A stretch of DNA of 64,000 bases from Scenedesmus sp. PABB004 (lineage: Eukaryota). The stretch covers positions 62,001 to 126,000 of the forward strand of contig JABVCE010000043.1 in the NCBI GenBank assembly GCA_014905635.1, given 5' to 3'. Below, piece after piece: positions 46,374-64,000 of this stretch. A program made the position numbers and the translations under genes. Position 1 is the stretch's first letter; each line of letters begins with the position of its first letter. Below the pieces are notes generated by a model. It saw only the letters and a program-made list of their open reading frames with translations, had not been told where the DNA came from and did no database searches.

Positions 46374-46643
46374 GTGGTGCTGCACATGGCTGAGACCTAC
46401 TGGACGGGCACCTCCGGCCCCGCCCCCGGCAGCCGCCTCGTGCGCGTGCGCATCAACGGCGTGGTGCAGGCGCCCTCCACTGGCATTGACCCCTTCACCG
46501 CGGCGGGCCTGCCCGGCGCGCGCTTCACGCCCGCGCTCTTCTCTTACACCGTGACGGGCAGCGCGGGCGGCAGCGTGCAGGTCAGCCTTGACGCGCTGCT
46601 GGACCAGCCCAGCGTGGTTGCGATCGAGGTGTACCGCCTCTGA
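46374..46643 (+). pseudogene. Orphan terminal exon encoding the C-terminal half of a malectin-like carbohydrate-binding domain
   Basis: Acceptor CACACCAG| then VVLHMAETYW..GSRLVRVRINGVV..IDPFTAAG..QPSVVAIEVYRL*, matching the malectin pattern LHFAE..G.R.F.V.ING..P.ISAIEV. No upstream coding exons found. Confidence 0.6.
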
Positions 46644-47691
46644 GCACGTGCACGAGCCCCTGCCCGCGCGCCGGCTGATCAAGCACAATGTTTTCTGAGT
46701 CTCCCAGCCCTGGCTGCGCGCGGTTGCTTTCATGAATAAACGGCCCGCTGCGCGCGTGCGCCGAGTCGGGCGGCGATCAGGCGCCGCGGTTCCCCTGAGC
46801 TCATCGGCCCCCGTGCGCCCCGGCCTCACCCTCGCCCACGCCTGCATCCACCATACTCGTGTTCGTGAGTTTGACTGCACTGCCCGAACTGCGCTGACTT
46901 TGGATCCGCACTGCTCACGCGGCACGACGTGAGCCGCGCCGCCCGCCGCTGCGTGAGCCGCGGGGCCTGTTGCGTGCACCCACGCGCGCTGCGCCGCTCC
47001 GTTGCGCCGCGGCCGCGGCGCGGCCGCTGCTGCTGCCGCGCGCGCTGCCGCTGCCGCTGCCGCGCCCGCTGCAGCAGCTGGCCGCTATGCCGGCCACCCT
47101 GACATCGTCACAGATGTGCGGGCGACGCACGTCAGGCACAGCGTCGAAATGGTGGTGCGTGGGCGCCGGCTGGCAGCGCACGCGCCCTGGCGCGCGGGGT
47201 CGGCCCCTGGCGCAGCGCGGCAATCGCAAGCAGCCATCGCGGCGGGCCGCCGGCGGCGGTGCGCGGCGGGGCGGGCCGTATGTCTGGCCGCGCCCGTGCG
47301 CCAGCAGCACCGCCGCACGCATCAGCGATGCTCGCTCCGGGCGTTGACCGCCCCCGCCGCCGCGCCCCGCCGCAGCGGCGCACCGCCGCTGTGGCCGTCA
47401 GGCCTGGATGCCCCCCCCTGCTGCCCACCGCCGGACGCCCGCGCGCGCAGGCGTCACATCGCCCGGGCGCGGCGCGCGTTACGCCGGCTTCAACCGGCGC
47501 CGCCCGGCACGTCGGCGGCGCGCCGCCTCGAGTTTGGCCACTCCGGAGCGGCACCAGCGTGCCGCGGGCGATCTGGAGCGCCCAGGACGCGCGCCCACCA
47601 CAGCGGCGGCAGCCCGCCGGCGATGCGGCGGCGACCCGCCCGGCGCGCCGCTCCCGCTCTCGCGCGGTGATCGTGATCGAGGCCGGGTACC

Positions 47692-59686
<11,995 letters not shown>

Positions 59687-60117
59687 GCGCGGCGTGCGGC
59701 GGCAGCTGAACGGGGAGGCGGAGGGGGGCTGGTGGTTTGAGGGCGGGGCGCCGCGCCGCGGCAGAGCAAAGCCGGGCGCGGCCAGCTGGTGCGGGTTGGT
59801 GTTGGGTGTTGGCGTTGGATGGTTGTGCATTGATGGGTGTGCACCACCAAAGGAACGCCAATGGCGTTGGCGCGCGCAGGGGGGAGGCGGGGGCACGAGA
59901 CGTGGGCGGAACTCAAGGGGCGGCTGGGTGACGTAACCAAAGGTTGTGACCGCTGAGAGAGCTCTCGTGTGCGCCGTCCACAGCTGAGCGCGCCGCCCTC
60001 CTGCTCGCACCGCCCGCGCCGGCTCCGGCACCGACAGCACCGGCAGCAGCGAGAGCAGCAGCGGCAAGCGCCGGCAACAGCGCAGAAGCGGCAGCTCGAT
60101 CTTCCTGACGCTGCGCC

Positions 60118-61057
60118 ATGATCGCCTGGAGCAGCCAACGCGCGCGCCCGCAGCCCGCGCCGGCCGGCCGGCGAGCGGCGGCGGGCCGGGCGCGCGGCAT
60201 CTGCTGCTGCTGCAGCACGCAGCAGCCCGCGGCCGAGCGCGGCGATCGGAGCAGCAGACGGGCGCTGCTGGGCGGCGCGGCAGCGCTGGGGGCTGCGCTG
60301 GCAGCGCGGCGAGCGGCGGCGGGTGTGCAGGAGGACCTGGAGCGCGTGCTGCCTGCCGCGCCGACGGCGCCGGCGGCGCCGCTGCCCAAAGGTGGGAGCG
60401 GGCAGGGTGACGGTCGCAGCTGCTGCCGCACAGCCTGCTGCACCGGCTCCAGCAGCGCGCGGCGGGCGCGTGGGGCGAGCGGGCGCCGACGCAGCGCTGC
60501 CGCGCGCCGCTGCGCAGCCTACCAGCGCACGATGCGGCGGCTGGTCACGGCGCTGCGCACCAGCATCGAGGCCGAGGCGGGCGGCGCCAAGGAGTTTGAG
60601 GTGAGCGCCCGCGACCCGCCGGCGCCGCGAGCGAGCGCGGCCGTCGCGCAGCGCGGACTGGCGAGGGCGCCGCGCCGCGCGCCAGGTGCGGCGCAAGGCC
60701 GACGGCGCCAAGGACCTCGTGAAGGAGTTTGTGGGCAAGTGGCAGGACAACGGCGACGTCGCGTTTGACGCCAGCCACGACGAAATGAAGGGTGCGCGCC
60801 GCCGCGTTTTCTCGCGCGCCAGCCCCTGCGCGCGGCCCAGCGCAGCCGCCGCCCGCCCCGCGCCGTCGGCGCGCGCCGCCACTCTCTGCGCCGCGCCGCG
60901 CCGTGCGGCAGGCGCGCTGAGCGAGCTGGGCCGCTTCTACCAGCGCGCGGGGCCGCGCAGCCGGCTGGACGAGGCCACCAAGTCGAGCGTGCTGGCGCAC
61001 CTGGCCGCGGTCGAGGCGGCGCTGCCGGCGGAGGAGAAGAGCCTGCTGGGCCTGTGA
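60118..61057 (+). CDS. PSB27: Psb27 family thylakoid-lumen protein (Psb27-H2/LPA19-like)
   Basis: Transit peptide plus twin-arginine SRRALL and hydrophobic stretch. Spliced core Y.RTMRRLVTALRTSI..RRKADGAKDLVKEFVGKW..ALSELGRFYQRAGPRSRL..VLAHLAAVEAAL. Confidence 0.85.
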
Positions 61058-61157
61058 GCGGGCTGTGAGCAGGGCATGGCGCCGCGAGGCGAGGCGCGTG
61101 CAACCTGGCGCCGGCAGCAGCCGCCCCGCAACGGCCGGCGCGGGCGAGCGAGCGCCG

Positions 61158-61162
61158 TTACA
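61158..61162 (-). terminator. TGTAA polyadenylation signal for RRP46
   Basis: TTACA on + strand about 50 nt past the RRP46 stop. Confidence 0.55.
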
Positions 61163-61209
61163 CGTGGCGCAGCCGGACGGCGCACCAGCCGCAAGCACCG
61201 GCGGCCGCG

Positions 61210-62486
61210 TCATGCCGCGGGGTCTGTGCTCTTGACCATGGCGTCCTGCGGCGCGCGCGTGGGGGTCAGGCGGCGCCCGCGGACGCCAGGCTGCGCTGCC
61301 GCAGCAGCGCCGCGCACCTTGAACGTGGTGACCAGCCCCAGGCCCACAAACTTGGCCACGCCCTCGCACCCCCGCCGGCACACCTCCAGCGCCTGCGCCA
61401 GCTGCGCCACGCTCAGCCGCCCCCGGCTGTGCACCAGCAGCGACTGCTCCGGCACGCTCAGCTGGCGGCTGCCGCTCGCGTCCAGGGTGTGGCTGCAGGG
61501 GAAGGCGGCGCACACGACGGCGCACGCAGCCTGGCGGGCACGCGCGCGGCGTCAGCGGCGCCGGGGCGCAGGCGCGGCCGGGCGCCGCCGCGGCGGGCGG
61601 CCGCCGCCCCCTGGCGCACCTGCTCCTCCGCCGCGTCTGGGTCCAGCACCAGCGTGCCGTCGGCGCCAAACGCGCAGCTCACCGCGGCTGCACGGGCGCG
61701 GCGCGCGCGGCGCGGCGGGACGGGGTCGGCGCCGCCCGCGCCGCCGCCGCGGCGCGGACGGCGCGCCGGCGAGTCGCTCACCGGTCATGCAGCACAGCGG
61801 CAGTCCCGCGTCCACGAGCGCCGCGCAGACCGCGTTGGCCGCGACCGCAAGCAGCGCGCCGTCGGCCTGCAGCACCTGCACCACCACGAGCACGAGCGTG
61901 CGCGGGTGGTGCGCGAGCAGCACGACCTGCTCCACCAGCTGCCGCAGCACCTCCTCGTACTCACACTCCGCGGGGCCTGCGCGCCCGCGCGGCGGCGGCG
62001 GCGGCAGTGTCGACGCGCGCCCGGGGCGTGGAGCCGCGCGCGGCGCTGGCTGCTGGCGCAGCAGGTGGCGGCGCGGGGCGGCGCGGGCCGCGCGGGCGCG
62101 CACACCGCCACCGCCTCGTGCCCCGCCCCGCACCCGGCAGCCCGTGGCGCGGCTTGAACAGCACCTCCACCACGCCGCGCTCCGCGTCCTCCTTGCGCTG
62201 CCCCGCCGCGTGCGGGCCGTGCACTGCGGCCAGCACCGCGCTGCCCTCCTGCGCCCACTTGGCGGAGCCGTCCGCACGCTGCAGCACGCCGCGCTCGGAC
62301 AGCAGAGGCCTGCGGCGGCACGCACGGCGTGGACAGGCGGACGGGCGGGCGGCGGGCGGGCGCGCAGCGGCGGCCGGCGGCGCGGGCCCGGCGCAGCGCG
62401 CCGCACCGCATCTGGCTGGGCAGCCGGCCCCGCGACCGGTGGCCGTCGGGGCCCACCAGCGCCGTTGGCGGCGGTGGCGAGGTCAT
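61210..62486 (-). CDS. RRP46: Exosome complex RNase PH-like subunit RRP46 (EXOSC5), multi-exon
   Basis: GVLQRADGSAKWAQEGSAVLAAVHGP, VEVLFKP and HPRTLVLVVVQVLQADGALLAVAANAVCAALVDAGLPL. Confidence 0.9.
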
Positions 62487-62808
62487 GGAGCGCTCGCCGC
62501 GAGGCCGCGCTGCCGCTGCACGCCGCGCCGCCGCCGCCGCCGCCGCTGCTGCCGCTGACGCTGCTGCCTCCGCTTCGCCTGCTGGCCTGGCGGGGTGTCG
62601 ATGAGAGGGCTTCTGCGCGGCGACAGGCCGCGGCAGCTTGTGCAAAGACCGGGCGCGCCCGCCGCGCTCCCCGGGCGCCTCCGCGCCCGCCTGCGCGCCG
62701 CGCGCCCCCGCCCGGCCACTCCCCGCTCGCGTCCGGGCTCCCCGTCGTCGCAGCGCCCCCGAGCCGCCGCATCACGGCCCCGCAGCCGCCGGCGCGGCGC
62801 CCATCACG

Positions 62809-64000
62809 ATGCGGCCGCTGCTGCTCAAGGGGCACGAGCGGCCGCTCACGCAGGTCAAGTACAATGCTGAGGGCGACCTGCTGGTGACGTGCGCGAAGAA
62901 CCTGCAGCCATGCCTCTGGTTCGCGGAGGACGGCAAGCGCATCGGCACCTACGAGGGCCACAACGGCGCCGTCTGGAGCTGTGACTTCACGCTGGACAGC
63001 GACCGCCTCATCACCAGCTCGGCCGACCAGACCGTGCGCATCTGGGACCTCCCCACTGGCAAGGAGCTGCACCAAATCAAGATGAGCGAGCCGTGCAGGG
63101 CCTGCCACCTCGCTGTGGGCGAGCAGCTGCTGGCGTTCACCACGGACAGCTTCATGGGCAGCCCTCCGCAGATCCACCTGGTGGACATGGACCTGCGCGA
63201 CTTTGGCGACAAGCAGGGCAGCGCGCCAAAGGCGAGCATAAACTGCCCCAAGGGCCGCGTCACGCGCGTCTACTTCACCGACTGCAACCGCGTCATGGTC
63301 ACCAGCCACGACGGCGGCTGGGTGCGCGCCGCGCCGCGCGCGCGGCGGCGGCAGCGGCGCGGCCGCGGGCCGCGGCGCAACGGCGGCGGCGGCAGCAGCA
63401 GCGGCGGCGGCAGCAGCAGCGGCGGCGGCGGCAGCAGCAGCGGCGGGCGGGGCGCCAGCGGGGCAGCAGCCGGGGCTGCGGCAGCGGCAGCAGCGGCGGC
63501 GGCGGCGGCAGCGGCTGCTGCGGCGGCTGCGGCGGCAGCAGCAACTGCAGCAGCGGCGGCGGCGTCGGCGCGCGCCGTCTGACGCCGCCCCGGCGTGCCG
63601 CGCGGCTGGCCGCAGGTGCGGCGGTGGGACACGGAGACGGGCGAGATGCTGGCGGAGGTGCAGGTGCACGAGGACGCGATCCAGGACATGCAGCTCGCGC
63701 CGGACGGCTCGTACGTCGTCACCGCGTCGCTCGACAAGACGGCCAAGCTGGTCGACATCACGAGCCTGGAGACGCTGAAGACCTACAAGACGGGCCGCTT
63801 CGTGCAGAGCGCAGCCGTGTCGCCGCTGTTTGACCACGTGGTGCTCGGCGGCGGCCAGGACGCGTCGCAGGTGCGGGCGGCGCGGCCGCGAGCGCGGGGC
63901 CGCCGCGAGCGCGGCGGTCGCACGCGCGGCGGGAGCACGCGCGGCGGCAGCGGCAGCAGCGGCGGGCGCCGCGCCGCGCGCGCGACGCCGGCGTGCGCCG
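62809..64000 (+). CDS. eIF3i: Translation initiation factor 3 subunit I (WD40), 3'-truncated by the window
   Basis: MRPLLLKGHERPLTQVKYNAEGDLLVTCAK, GTYEGHNGAVW, TASLDKTAKL and HVVLGGGQDASQ. Confidence 0.96.

Overview
Gene-dense, extremely GC-rich (roughly 80% by eye) eukaryotic nuclear DNA with many short GC-rich spliceosomal introns, frequent GC-AG donors and TGTAA polyadenylation signals. This fits a chlorophyte green alga, probably Sphaeropleales-like (inference). About 20 protein-coding genes can be assembled by eye: SWC5/BCNT, a small secreted Trp/Gly-rich protein, importin-11, a GPI-type four-Kazal protein, SDHAF4, SURF6/RRP14, a classical tyrosine phosphatase, a bestrophin (frameshifted), a bZIP-like zipper protein, a Kelch protein, importin-5, PLAA/Doa1, a 12-kb TmcB/C-like PAS membrane protein, Psb27-H2, RRP46, eIF3i (truncated by the window end) and several hypothetical proteins. 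Most entries in the supplied ORF track are GC-driven shadow ORFs. The most interesting unexplained structures are: (1) a tandem pair of C/D-box snoRNAs with a variant C box, present as near-identical copies in introns of two unrelated hosts (SURF6 and importin-5) 16 kb apart; (2) a gene with duplicated, apparently mutually exclusive terminal exons; (3) two genes (SURF6, bestrophin) each sandwiched between long direct repeats; (4) an orphan malectin exon; (5) a group-C-like bZIP zipper lacking the DNA-binding signature. CDS coordinates are gene spans from start to stop codon including introns; exon structures are manual and unverified.
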